Source of the DNA: an uncultured Chloroflexia bacterium
GTDB taxonomy: Bacteria > Chloroflexota > Limnocylindria > QHBO01
DNA: 64,000 nucleotides
Direction: 5' to 3'
NCBI GenBank assembly: GCA_963825905.1
Contig: CAWGUL010000007.1
Coordinates: 530,015 to 594,014 of the forward strand
Positions within the stretch are counted from its first letter, which is position 1. Each line of letters starts with the position of its first letter. A program made the translations under genes and the position numbers. The notes below the pieces were generated by a model. The model did no database searches and was not told the DNA's origin. It saw only the letters and a program-made list of their open reading frames with translations. Of the stretch, positions 31,357-41,772 are shown piece after piece.

Positions 31357-32724
31357 TCACGCTCCGGCCCGGGCCGATCGAGCCGCCGCCATGAGCGACG
31401 CATACCAGCGCCCGGAGGCCTTCACCGTCCGCCGCTGGGTGGCGTAGTCGACCCGCACGATCCCGAAGCGCATCCCGTACCCGTACGACCACTCGAAGTT
31501 GTCGAGCAGCGACCACGCGAGGTAGCCGTCGACCCGGGCGCCCGCGTCGCGGGCGTCGGCAACGGCGGCGATGTGGTCGGCCAGGTACCGCCGCCGCGGC
31601 TCGTCGTCGACGCTCCCGTCCGCTCCGATCGCGTCGGCGAACGCCGCCCCGTTCTCGGTGATGAGGATCGAGGCCGGGTCATACGTCGACTGGATCCGGG
31701 CCAGCAGCCGGCGGAGCCCGTCCGGGTACACCTCCCAGTCCATCGCCGTCCGCGGCCCGTCGCCGTGGACGAGCGTGGCGCCGAGCGGGCCGGCGCCCGG
31801 GTCGGCCGCCACCAGGTGCCGCGTGTAGTAGTTCACGCCCAGGAAGTCGGGCCGTGTTCCGTCGGCGATCTCGTCGAGGTCGAGGTCGTCCGGCACGAGC
31901 TGCCTCATGCCGGGGACGTCGAGCGGATACGGGCGGCCGAAGGCGGGGTCGAGGAACCAGCGGTTCGTGGCCGCGTCGAAGCGCTCCGCCGCTGCCACGT
32001 CGTCCCCGGCGGACGATGCCGGCTCTACGTGCTGAAGGCTCAGCGTGATGCCCACCCTCGCCCACGGCGACGCGTCGCGGAGCGCGGCCGTTGCCGCGCG
32101 GTGCGCCAGATGCGCGTGGTGCGCCGCCCGGAATCCGTCCGGCGCGTCCTGGCGCCCCGGGGCATGGATCCCGTCCGCGTAGCCGAGGAATGCGAAGACC
32201 CACGGCTCGTTCAGCGTGATCCAGTCGCGGACGCGGTCGCCGAGCCGGGCTCCCAGGATGCCGGCGTACTCCCCGAACCGCTCGACGACGTCGCCCGCTG
32301 GCCAGCCACCGGCATCCTCGAGCGCCTGCGGCAGGTCCCAGTGGTAAAGGGTCACGAGGGGCCGGATGCCGGCCTCGAGCAGCTCGTCGACGAGGCGATC
32401 GTAGAAGTCGAGGCCAGCCTCGTTCGGCGCGCCGCTGCCGGCGGGCTGGATGCGGGGCCACGCCACACTGAAGCGGTACGCGTCGACGCCCAGCTCGCGC
32501 ATGAGCGCCACGTCGTCCGGCATGCGGTGGTAGTGGTCGCACGCCACGTCGCCCGTGTCGCCGTTCGCGGTCCGACCCGCGGTATGGCTGAACGTGTCCC
32601 AGATCGAGGGCCCACGTCCGTCCTCGGCGACCGCACCCTCGACCTGGTAGGCCGCGGTGGCGGTGCCCCAGGCGAACTCGGGCGGAAATCGGTTGGCGAG
32701 CGCGTCGAGGGACCGGTCAGGCAT
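31357..32724 (-). CDS. GH1 beta-glucosidase
   Basis: ATG at 32724 (MPDRSLD...). Acid/base motif TLNEPW and nucleophile motif ITENG. Intact, 455 aa. Confidence 0.9.
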   Translation of the reverse strand: MPDRSLDALANRFPPEFAWGTATAAYQVEGAVAEDGRGPSIWDTFSHTAGRTANGDTGDVACDHYHRMPDDVALMRELGVDAYRFSVAWPRIQPAGSGAPNEAGLDFYDRLVDELLEAGIRPLVTLYHWDLPQALEDAGGWPAGDVVERFGEYAGILGARLGDRVRDWITLNEPWVFAFLGYADGIHAPGRQDAPDGFRAAHHAHLAHRAATAALRDASPWARVGITLSLQHVEPASSAGDDVAAAERFDAATNRWFLDPAFGRPYPLDVPGMRQLVPDDLDLDEIADGTRPDFLGVNYYTRHLVAADPGAGPLGATLVHGDGPRTAMDWEVYPDGLRRLLARIQSTYDPASILITENGAAFADAIGADGSVDDEPRRRYLADHIAAVADARDAGARVDGYLAWSLLDNFEWSYGYGMRFGIVRVDYATQRRTVKASGRWYASLMAAARSARAGA

Positions 32725-32749
32725 CGGTCCGCACGGTAGCATCCACCGC

Positions 32750-33274
32750 TCAGCGGAGGAGGTTCGTGTAGTCGGTGACGACGAAGGTGTTGCGGCAGCG
32801 CTCGCGGCGCTCCGGGACGCAGCCGCTGGCGGCGGCATCGTCGAAATGCCCGACGAAGATCAGCTCGTCACCCCGGGTGTTCGGGCCGCCTGGCGTGGCC
32901 CGCGACGGGAATGGTCGTCCGTTCGGGGCCGCGAGCCGAACGCCTGAGGCGTCGAGCTGGGCCTGCGTCACATCCTGCGACGGCTGGTCGGCGACGAGGA
33001 CGCGGAGCGGACACGTGCGCTGCAGCCAGGCGACGGTCGCGTCCGAGCCGCCGTCGTCGCCGACGCAGTCGCCCGCCAGCTCCGCGTACCAGCCGATGAT
33101 CCGGACCTCGGCCGTGCCGAAGCGCGCGGCCGGGGCGGTCCCGTTGCGGATGTCGGCCACGGTGTAGTGCTCGAGCTCGGGGTTGGTGCCGCCGAGCGAA
33201 CCGACGACGAGCATGAAGACGACGAAGAGGCCGAGCCCGATGACAAGCCCGATGCCGATCCAGCGCTCACGCAT
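32750..33274 (-). CDS. membrane-anchored extracytoplasmic protein, unknown function
   Basis: ATG at 33274 ([24 protein letters not shown]), one TM helix, then a Cys-containing domain. Overlaps the upstream gene's stop by 8 nt. Confidence 0.5.
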   Translation of the reverse strand: MRERWIGIGLVIGLGLFVVFMLVVGSLGGTNPELEHYTVADIRNGTAPAARFGTAEVRIIGWYAELAGDCVGDDGGSDATVAWLQRTCPLRVLVADQPSQDVTQAQLDASGVRLAAPNGRPFPSRATPGGPNTRGDELIFVGHFDDAAASGCVPERRERCRNTFVVTDYTNLLR

Positions 33275-33929
33275 GCCCGATGCGCTCCCAGGCGTCACGC
33301 AGCAGGCCGATCCCCCGCTCCCAGCGCTCGACCCGCGCCGGGTCGTTGAGCCACGTCGAGGCACCCGAGGGATGCGGAAGGGCCACGACCGCGGCATCCG
33401 GCGCAACGTCCCAGTCGAGGCGCTGCCCGACGAGGTCGTCGAGCCGTGCCGCCGCGCCGAAGGCAAGCCGGTGCGCGGTACCGCCGACGAGGACGACGAG
33501 CCGCGGCGACACGAGGCGCAGCTCCTCGAGCAGGTACGGCGTCCAGCGCGCGATCTCGGCCGTCGACGGCGGCCGGTCGACCGATGCGCCCGGCGCTCTG
33601 CCCGGGTAGCACTTGCCGACGCTCGTGACGTACCAGCGCGCGCGAAAGTCGTCGCGGCTCACGCCGGCGAGCTCGAGCCAGCCGACGAGCCGCTTGCCGG
33701 CATCCCATGCGAACGGCACGCCGGTCTCGATCTCGCGCCAGCCGGGCGCCTGGCCGACGAGCATGGCCCGCTCGCTCCCGTCGCCCGACAGGACGGGCGC
33801 CGCGCCCTCCGAGCAGCGTGGCATCGCGTCCTGGAGCGCGCGGAGCGGGGTGCCCGGGGCAGCGCGACGTGGCGCCGGCACGACCCACTCCCCGCTGAAG
33901 CGGACGCGCTTCGGCGCCGGCAGGATCAC
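33267..33929 (-). CDS. uracil-DNA glycosylase superfamily protein (atypical motifs)
   Basis: Motif A-like LVGQAPG and motif B-like HPSGAS. Only two Cys residues, so it lacks the four-Cys Fe-S signature of family 4. Confidence 0.65.
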   Translation of the reverse strand: MILPAPKRVRFSGEWVVPAPRRAAPGTPLRALQDAMPRCSEGAAPVLSGDGSERAMLVGQAPGWREIETGVPFAWDAGKRLVGWLELAGVSRDDFRARWYVTSVGKCYPGRAPGASVDRPPSTAEIARWTPYLLEELRLVSPRLVVLVGGTAHRLAFGAAARLDDLVGQRLDWDVAPDAAVVALPHPSGASTWLNDPARVERWERGIGLLRDAWERIGHA

Positions 33930-34519
33930 GCCGCCGACTCGTCGCCTCGGAGCGTGGCGGCGGCCCGCAGGTCGTCGGCGATCGCGAGCCGCAGGATGCG
34001 CCGCACCCCGTCGGCCGAGGGGCCAGCGGCGGTCAGCGCCTCGGTGAGCGCGTCGCGCGCGGCGTACAGGCGGTCGATCGGGTCGCCGTCGAGGCTGGCG
34101 GCCTGGCCACCGAGCTCGCGGGCGAAGGTCGCGTCCTGGCGCTCGATGGCGGCAACCGTGCTGCCCGGGTCTCCCGCGGCCCGATCGAGCGCGTCGGCGA
34201 GCTCCTCGCGCGCCAGCTCAAGCCAGCGCAGCCAGGCTGCGAACTCGGCATCGGAAGGCGGCAGGTCGTCGAGGCTGAAGGCCGCGCGGCGGTCGGTTGT
34301 TGCCGCCGCGCGCTCGACCTCGTACCAGTTGTCGCCCACGAAGCCCGGGGTCTCCTCGCCCTGCCGCCGCAGCCACGCGGTGAATTCGCTCACCCGGTGG
34401 GGCATCGCCCCGGATGCCGCCTCGTCGCTCGCGGCGAACACCGCGCAACCGGGGAGCTCGGCCGCGTACGCCGCCACGCCACCGTCGACGCCGGTCTCCA
34501 CGAAGATGGCATGCGGCAT
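33926..34519 (-). CDS. hypothetical protein with HicB-like (UPF0150) N-terminal fold and helical C-terminal domain
   Basis: ATG at 34519: [36 protein letters not shown] resembles the HicB/UPF0150 fold. 197 aa. Starts 12 nt after the uvrB stop and has a 4-nt overlap with the UDG-like gene. Confidence 0.45.
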   Translation of the reverse strand: MPHAIFVETGVDGGVAAYAAELPGCAVFAASDEAASGAMPHRVSEFTAWLRRQGEETPGFVGDNWYEVERAAATTDRRAAFSLDDLPPSDAEFAAWLRWLELAREELADALDRAAGDPGSTVAAIERQDATFARELGGQAASLDGDPIDRLYAARDALTEALTAAGPSADGVRRILRLAIADDLRAAATLRGDESAA

Positions 34520-34530
34520 CGTGCCCGCCA

Positions 34531-36680
34531 CTACGGTCGCCTCCGACGCGGCGGTCGGCGCCGCGCTCCGGCGGCCACGACGTTCGGACGGGTCGCGACG
34601 CTGAACACGTCGCGCCGCGTGCGGCCGCGGCCGTCCTCTGCGGCCTCGGCCCGATCCGCCTCGACCGCGGCGTACACGTCGGCGGGAATCGTCCCCGGCG
34701 CGGCCGCCAGCTCCTCGCGCAGCCGGCGCAGCTGGAGCAGCTCGTCGCGAAGCGCCGCCGCACGCTCGAACTCGAGGTTGCGGGCGGCCTCCTTCATCTG
34801 TGCCTCGAGGCGGCCCATCATCGCGGCCACCTCCTCCGTCGACTGGCCCTCGAGCTGGAGCGTCGCGCGCTCCTCGGCCACGCGGCGCAGGCTCTCGTGG
34901 ATCTCGCGGATCTCCTTGATGACGGTCTCGGCGACGATCCCGTGCTCGGCGTTGTAGGCGAGCTGCTTCGTGCGGCGCCGGTCGGTCTCGTCGATCGCGG
35001 CCCTCATCGAATCGGTCACCCGGTCGGCGTACATGATCACCCGCCCGCCGATGTTCCGCGCCGCGCGCCCGATCACCTGGATCAGCGACCCGCCGGAGCG
35101 GAGGAAGCCCTCCTTGTCCGCGTCCATGATCGCGACCAGCGTGACCTCCGGCAGGTCGAGCCCCTCGCGCGAGCAGGTTGATGCCGACGAGCACGTCGTA
35201 CACCCCGAGCCGCAGGTCGCGCAGGATCTCGACCCGCTCGAGCGTGTCGACCTCGGAGTGGAGCCACTGGACCTTGATCCCCAGCTCGCCGAGGTAGTCG
35301 GCGAGGTCCTCGGCCATCTTCTTCGTCAGCGTCGTGACGAGGACCCGCTCCTTGCGCTCGACGGTGGCGCGGATCTCGGCCAGCAGGTCGTCGACCTGGC
35401 CGGTCGTGGGGCGGACGGTGATCGTCGGGTCGACGACGCCGGTGGGCCGGATGAACTGCTCCGCCACGCGGTCGGCGCGCTTCGGTCTCGTACGGGCCGG
35501 GCGTCGCCGACATGTAGATCACCTGGTTGAGGTGGTCCTCGAACTCGTCGAACGTCAGCGGCCGGTTGTCGAGCGCCGACGGCAGCCGGAAGCCGAAGTC
35601 GACGAGGATCTCCTTCCGCGTCCGGTCGTTCTTGTACATCCCGTGGACCTGCGGGATGGTGATGTGGCTCTCGTCGACGATGAGCAGGAAGTCGGTCGGG
35701 AAGTAGTCGATGAGCGTCCACGGCCGCGACCCGGCCTCGCGGCGTGACAGATGGCGCGAGTAGTTCTCGATGCCGGAGCAGAAGCCGACCTCGCGCATCA
35801 TCTCGAGGTCGAACATCGTGCGCTGCCGCAGCCGCGCGGCCTCGAGCTCGCGACCCTCGACGGCGAGCTGCGCGGTCCGCTCCTCCATCTCGGCCTCGAT
35901 GTCGTCGATCGCCGCCAGCAGCTTGTCGCGCGGAGTGACGTAGTGCGTCGCGGGGTAGAGGTTCACCTCGTTCCGCTCCGCCTGCAGCTCGCCGGTGAGC
36001 AGGTCGATCTCGGTGATGCGCTCGACGTCGTCGCCGAAGAACTCGATCCGGACCACGAAGTCGCCGTGCGGCGGCTGGACCTCGAGCACGTCGCCGCGCA
36101 CGCGGAACCGCGACCGCGCCAGGTCCATCTCGTTGCGCTGGTACTGGAGGTCGACGAGGTGGCGGAGGATCCCGTCGCGCCGGTAGCGGCCGCCCTTCTT
36201 GATGTTCAGCACGGTCGAGCCGTAGTCGATCGGCGCACCGATGCCGTAGATGCACGACACCGACGCGACGATGATCACGTCCCGCCGCTCGAAGAGCGTC
36301 CGCGTGGCCTGGTGGCGGAGGCGGTCGATCTCGTCGTTCCGTGACGAGTCCTTCTCGATGTAGGTGTCGGACCGCGGCAGGTAGGCCTCGGGCTGGAAGT
36401 AGTCGTAGTAGCTGACGAAGTACTCGACCGCGTTGTCCGGGAAGAACTCGCGGAACTCCTGGTACAGCTGCGCCGCCAGCGTCTTGTTGTGGGCCATGAC
36501 CAGGGTCGGCTTCTGGACCGCCTCGATCACCTTCGCCGCGGTGTACGTCTTGCCCGTCCCCGTGGCCCCGAGCAGCACCTGGTTGCGCAGTCCGTCGCGC
36601 ACGCCGCCGACGAGCGCATCGATGGCGACGGGCTGGTCACCGGTGGGCTCGTATGGGGCCTGGACGCGGAGGTCGGGCAT
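34531..36680 (-). pseudogene. uvrB: excinuclease ABC subunit B, two frameshifts
   Basis: N-terminal 400 aa ([16 protein letters not shown]...) are in 35082..36680. The helicase C-domain ([18 protein letters not shown]) is in the frame of 33926..35467. The C-terminus with the UVR motif ([13 protein letters not shown]) is in 34531..35127. Confidence 0.9.
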
Positions 36681-36721
36681 GGCGCGGCGGTTCCTGCGGC
36701 GAATGGGATGGGGCGAGGTCG

Positions 36722-36727
36722 ATTGTA
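36722..36727 (-). promoter_or_regulatory. -10-like hexamer TACAAT upstream of uvrB
   Basis: TACAAT on the minus strand, 41 nt upstream of the uvrB ATG. AGGAA lies about 11 nt before the start. Confidence 0.35.
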
Positions 36728-36729
36728 GA

Positions 36730-36759
36730 CCGATCCTCCATCGGTACCGATCCGCGGAT
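36730..36759. promoter_or_regulatory. nested inverted/direct repeats in the uvrB-tadE divergent intergenic region
   Basis: CCGAT-CCTCC-ATCGG (36730-36744) abuts the uvrB -10. A perfect palindrome ATCCGCGGAT lies at 36750-36759. ACCGATCC occurs twice. Confidence 0.25.
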
Positions 36760-36843
36760 GGCCAAGCGGCCTATAGGAGAAGCGGTGCGCCGCTCCCTAC
36801 GCTCGGCAGGCCGATGTGCCCGCGCCGCGATCCTTCCGAACCC

Positions 36844-37454
36844 ATGCACCGGCCGGCTCCAACGGGGGAACGCCGGCTCCTGCTGCGCGCCCGCGAGGCG
36901 GTCGCCCGCGGCCAGGCGATGGTCGAGTTCGCGCTCGTCCTGCTCCCGGTCCTCCTCATCGTCGTCGCGATCATCCAGTTCGGCCTGCTCTTCGGGGCGC
37001 AGGTGACGATCACGAACGCCGCGCGCGAGGGGGCGCGGGTCGGGACGGTCTACGTCTACGACAACGGCCACAACCGGTACTGGAACGACGCCGCAGCGCT
37101 GCGGCCAGATGCTGGCGGCGATCCGCGGCTCGATGGGCTTCCTGGCCCTCGGCTCGCCGCATTTCTCCGCCACCGACCAACGGCGACGGCTCGTGCCCCA
37201 CCCCCACCGGCGAGACGCAGACGAACGGCGACCTGACCGTCTCGTACTGCGACCACGTCACGCACGCTCGAGCGGGCCCGTGCCCGGACACCTCGGACAG
37301 CGACACGGCGTGCGCGGTGGACACCCGCGAGGCGTGCCTCGTCCGGGTGGCGATCACGTACCGGTCGAGCATCGTCGTGCCATTCATGGGCCAGATCCTC
37401 GGCAACAGCTCGCTCTTCACCCAGGGCGCCACCGTCACGATGGTCGTGAACTAG
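36844..37454 (+). pseudogene. TadE-like pilus/pseudopilin protein, two frameshifts
   Basis: RGQAMVEFALVLLPVLLIVVAIIQFG...ITNAAREGAR (TadE/G N-terminal motif). Continues through two other frames to ...VRVAITYRSSIVVPFMGQILG, ending at 37454. An alternative start is at 36814. Confidence 0.65.
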
Positions 37455-39390
37455 GTGCGCGCGGAACGTGGGCAGGTCCTCGTGATGATCGCGCTGCTCC
37501 TCGTCGTGCTCCTCGGCTTCGCAGCGTTCGCGGTCGACATCGGCCGCCAGGTCAGCGAGCGGCGGCACGTCCAGAACGCCGCCGACGCCGCGGCGCTCGC
37601 CGCCTGCCGCTCGCTCATCGCCGGCGACTCGGATTCGGCCGCCGCCGCCGACGCGCGGGCGGTGGCGCTCATCAACCTCGACGGCTCGCCCACGGGCACG
37701 AGCGGCCGCGTGGCGGCGGACGGCTCGCCCGAGTACGCCGACGGCCACGCCGGTGACCCCGCCTACCTCACGAGCGGGATCCTCATCAGCGGCACCACCG
37801 TGCGGGTCGCGATCGACGCGCAGGTGCCGACGACGCTGGCACGGGTGGTCGGCATCTCGCAGCTCGGCGCGGGCGCGCGGGCACGCTGTCGCCTCCAGGG
37901 CGGCCCTGCCGTCCCGATCGTCGCGCGTCGATTCGATAACGCACCCGGACCCGGTGGCGGCTTCACCGATTTCGTGGCCACGAGCGGGACGAGCGCGATC
38001 GGAAGCGTCGACGCCAACAACACCGTCGATGGCGGCACGGGACTCGTCGGCTACCTCGCCACCGGCCGCAGCCCGGCCACGGAGAGCGATCCCGGGCCGA
38101 TCTTCGCCCTCTACGGACCCGGCGCGAAGGCGAGCAACGCCTCCGACTTCCGCGGATTCATCGCACTCGACGTGCGCAACTTCCAGGACACATCGTCGCG
38201 CGTCTACTACAACGGCGTGACCCCGGGCACGAACGTGCAGACCCTGAAAAACATGCAGGGTGCTTACATCCTGTCCGGCTATCCCGGACCCGATGTTCCC
38301 TCCCGTGACGAGCCCGGCGGACCCGAACGACCAGGTCGCGGTCATCTCGGGAAACGACACGTCGATGGTGGTCGGCAACTTCTCCGACTCCTACGCGGTC
38401 GGCGACCGGGTGCTGCTCGCCATCTACAACGGCACGGTGATGGAGATCCCGGACTTCGCCATCAGCCCGCCATCGAACTTCACGCTGAGCTCCACCGGGA
38501 CGCTGGCCAGCGGGCCGAACTTCGTCGTGTCACGCAACGATTCGTTCAACTCGACGGTGACCCTCCATCTGCATGGCGACCTGGAAGCCGCCGCTGCGGG
38601 CCATCCCGAATACGACCTCATCCCGGACCCGCCGGTCACGCCACCGGCGGTCGGTGACATGAACCAGCCGACGTGGTCGACTCGGACGTGTTCATCCCGG
38701 CCAAGAATGGCACCACTATCCGCACCAGCAACATTCAGACGAATGCCGTCCCGGCCGGCATCTATACCGTCTGGCTCGAGGGCCACTCCGGCAACCCCTA
38801 CTTCCAGACGCGTCGCGTGCCGGTGCCCGTCAAGGTCGGCGCGGCGAGCCGCGACTTCGGCCTCCAGAACTCGACCCTGAGCGGCAGCACGCCCACGCTG
38901 GGCGGCAGCGTGAGTCTCCCGATCTACGTGTCGACGACGACCGCCGTCGGCCACGAAGTGGAATTCGACGAACCAGGTCAGCCTCTCGACCGAGCAGTTC
39001 AGCACCTGCTCCTTCGCAGGCGCCAGCATCGCGCCGGGTCAGATCACGCTGAGCTCGCCGTCGGTGCTGCCGAGCGGCAGCGGGCTCGGGGCGCTCTCGA
39101 CGATGACCATCAACACCGCCGGCCTTGCCCCGAACTGCTATCGCTTCGTCCTTCGCGCGAGCGGCACGAACGGGGACGGCCAGCCGGTCACCCACCTCCA
39201 GCCCATCACGTTCACCGTGGCCACCACCTCGGCCGGTGGCAGCTACGTCGACATCATCGGGTTCGCCGTCTTTCAGGTGACCGATATCGCTGCCAACGAC
39301 ATCACCGGCCGTGCCGTGACTGGCGCCTTCGCCGATCCCAACGCCCCGGCGCTGCGGCGCGCGCAGGTCGCGCGCCTCATACCGTGGTAA
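37455..39390 (+). pseudogene. large TadG-like (Tad_N domain) pilus-associated protein, at least three frameshifts
   Basis: N-terminus RGQVLVMIALLLVVLLGFAAFAVDIGRQVSERRHVQNAADAAALAA. About 645 codons are spread over track ORFs 37455.., 38260.., 38673.. and 39064..39390, in alternating frames. Confidence 0.65.
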
Positions 39391-39419
39391 CGCTCTAGCC
39401 GCCCGCAGGAGATCAGCCC

Positions 39420-40253
39420 GTGGAACTCGAATACACCGACAAGAACAGCCGCCGGTCGAAGCTCTACATCGCGGTCGGCTTCATCATCGCCCTCATCGTG
39501 GGCGCGGTCGTCTTCGTGGCCCTCCAGGCCAGCGGCCTGACGGCCAGCGAGCATGCCGAGATGCGTCAGGTCGTGGTCGCGACCCGTAGTATCGCCAGCC
39601 GCAAGCCGATCGAGGAGGGCGACGTCGCCACCCGCAGCGTGCCCGCCGACGCGATGAACGCGAACGCGTTCACGCGCCTCGACGAGGTGCTCGGCCGGGT
39701 CACCGGCGTCGCCGTGCCGCAGGGGCAGCTCCTGACGCGGAACCTGCTGGCGTCGACCACCACCGGCCAGTCGTTCTCGATCCTCGACTCGGGCGAGAAG
39801 TACGACCCGTCCGGGCCGGACATGCGGGCGGTGTCGGTGAGCGTCCCCGACGATCGCGCCGTGGCCGGCGTCCTGCAGGCCGGGCAGCGCATCGACCTCA
39901 TCGTCACGATGGCGATCAACCCGGAGATCGGCCAGCCGGCGGGCCAGGCGGGCGTGACGCAGTCGCAGTTCATCCCCGGCCCGTCGACGAAGGTGACGCT
40001 CCAGCAGCTCGTGATCCTCGCCCGCAACGGGCCGATCTACATCCTGCGCGCCGACCTCGCCACGTCGGAGAAGATCGCCGAGCTCACCGCCGCCGGCGGC
40101 CAGTTCACGATGGTCCTGCGGCCGGAGGAGGACGACCGCACGGCGAAGACGGCGGGCTCCACGATCGACACGCTCATCGACGAGTTCGGGTTCCCCGTTC
40201 CGCGGCCGCCGGCCCTCGGCTCCGAGGCCGCCTCGCCGTCGGCGACGCCCTAG
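39420..40253 (+). CDS. cpaB: Flp pilus assembly protein CpaB/RcpC-like
   Basis: Intact 277 aa: N-terminal TM helix, then a SAF-like segment (VVVATRSIASRKPIEEGDV) and an RcpC-like beta domain. Confidence 0.7.
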   Translation: MELEYTDKNSRRSKLYIAVGFIIALIVGAVVFVALQASGLTASEHAEMRQVVVATRSIASRKPIEEGDVATRSVPADAMNANAFTRLDEVLGRVTGVAVPQGQLLTRNLLASTTTGQSFSILDSGEKYDPSGPDMRAVSVSVPDDRAVAGVLQAGQRIDLIVTMAINPEIGQPAGQAGVTQSQFIPGPSTKVTLQQLVILARNGPIYILRADLATSEKIAELTAAGGQFTMVLRPEEDDRTAKTAGSTIDTLIDEFGFPVPRPPALGSEAASPSATP

Positions 40254-40858
40254 ACGTCCGGCTCCGGCGGCGCCGGGGACGCCGCCGGACCGAGCCCCAG
40301 CGCCGCGTAGGCGGCGGTGACCTGCGCGCGCGTCTCATCGAGCGGCAGCGATCCGTCGATCACGACGTCGGCGGCAGCGACCTTCTCGTCCTGCGACGAC
40401 TGGTTGGCGAGGCGCGCCCGCGCCTCCCCGTCGCTCATCCCGCGTGACGCGGCGAGCCGGGCGAGGGCGTCCGATGGGTCGCAGCGGACGACCCAGATCG
40501 CGTCGCACCGGTCGGCGAGCGGCGACTCCAGGAGCTTGATCACCTCGACCACCGCCGCCGGCACGTCCCCCATCTCGAGCTCGGCCAGCCGGGCGCGCAC
40601 CTCGTCGCGCACCCGCGGGTGGAGGATGGCCTCGAGGTCGCGCAGGGCGGCCCGATCGTGGAACACGACGCTTCCCAGCGCCGCGGCGTCGGTCGTCCCG
40701 AAGCGCCGTTCAATCGCGCTCCGCACCTCCGCGTCGTTGTGGCGCAGCTGGCGCGCGACCGCGTCGGCGTCGATGACCGCTGCGCCCAGGTCGCGCAGCA
40801 TTCGCGCGACGGTGCTCTTGCCGCAACCCAGGTTGCCGGTCAGCCCGATGACGATCAC
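40250..40858 (-). CDS. coaE: dephospho-CoA kinase
   Basis: Intact 202 aa with P-loop IGLTGNLGCGKST. The GTG start overlaps the mutM stop (GTGA). Confidence 0.9.
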   Translation of the reverse strand: MIVIGLTGNLGCGKSTVARMLRDLGAAVIDADAVARQLRHNDAEVRSAIERRFGTTDAAALGSVVFHDRAALRDLEAILHPRVRDEVRARLAELEMGDVPAAVVEVIKLLESPLADRCDAIWVVRCDPSDALARLAASRGMSDGEARARLANQSSQDEKVAAADVVIDGSLPLDETRAQVTAAYAALGLGPAASPAPPEPDV

Positions 40859-41763
40859 GTCATCCCATCTTCCGTCGCCGCGCGCTGGCAGCGCGGGCAG
40901 AAATGCGTGCTCCGCTGCCCGACCACGATCCGCTCGATCCGCGTCCCGCAGCGCAGGCAGGGCTCCCCGGTGCGCTGGTAGACCCGCAGCCGCTCCGCGT
41001 TCGTGCCGGGCTCGCCGTCCGCGCTCACGTAGTCGCTGATGCTCGTCCCGCGGTTGGCGAGCCCCTCACGCAGCGCGCCGCGCACCGCCCGGTGGAGACG
41101 CCGGATCTCATCCGCCGTGAGCGAGTCGGCGCTGCGTAACGGATGGAGCCGCGCCCGCCACAACGCCTCGTCGGCGTAGATGTTGCCGACCCCGGCGATG
41201 AAGGACTGGTCGAGCAGGAGCGTCTTCAGGCGCGCGCGCCGGCCCCGGAGCCGTTCGGCGAGCCGGGCGGCCGTGAAGCTGGGCGTCAGCGGCTCCGGCC
41301 CGTGGCGTGCGAACACGTCGCCCACCCGGTACGGCGCCGCGCGCTCGCCGACCCGTCGGCCCCGCGGCCGGCGCGGCCGCGCACGGAGGCTGCCGCCCTC
41401 CCACAGCCCGATGCGCCCGAACTTGCGCGGGTCGCGGTAGCGAAGCTCACGGCCATCGGCGAGCTGGAAGACGACACGTGCGTGGCGATCCTCCGCCGTG
41501 CCGCCCGGGACGACGAGGAGCGCCCCGGTCATCCGCAGCGCCACGGTGAGGACCCGTCCGTCATCGAGGTGGATGAGCACGGTCTTCGCCCGGCGCCCGA
41601 CGCGGGTGATCGTGGCGCCCCGGAGCTCGGCGACGAAGCGCTCGGGCGGCAGCGGGTGGCGGATGGTTCGCTCCCACAGCACCGCGGCGTCCACGATCCG
41701 CGCCCCGATGACGCGTGGGGCAAGGTCGCGCGCGACGGTCTCGACCTCGGGCAGCTCCGGCAT
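40855..41763 (-). CDS. mutM: formamidopyrimidine-DNA glycosylase
   Basis: Intact 302 aa: MPELPEVET N-terminus, H2TH region, and C-terminal zinc finger CLRCG...CPRCQ. Confidence 0.9.
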   Translation of the reverse strand: MPELPEVETVARDLAPRVIGARIVDAAVLWERTIRHPLPPERFVAELRGATITRVGRRAKTVLIHLDDGRVLTVALRMTGALLVVPGGTAEDRHARVVFQLADGRELRYRDPRKFGRIGLWEGGSLRARPRRPRGRRVGERAAPYRVGDVFARHGPEPLTPSFTAARLAERLRGRRARLKTLLLDQSFIAGVGNIYADEALWRARLHPLRSADSLTADEIRRLHRAVRGALREGLANRGTSISDYVSADGEPGTNAERLRVYQRTGEPCLRCGTRIERIVVGQRSTHFCPRCQRAATEDGMT

Positions 41764-41772
41764 GGTCGACCG

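Noticed and set aside
33926-34519. The HicB-like protein as the antitoxin of a HicAB toxin-antitoxin pair
   Set aside because: No HicA-like small ORF lies next to it. The gene sits inside the uvrB operon chain and carries a long extra C-terminal domain.
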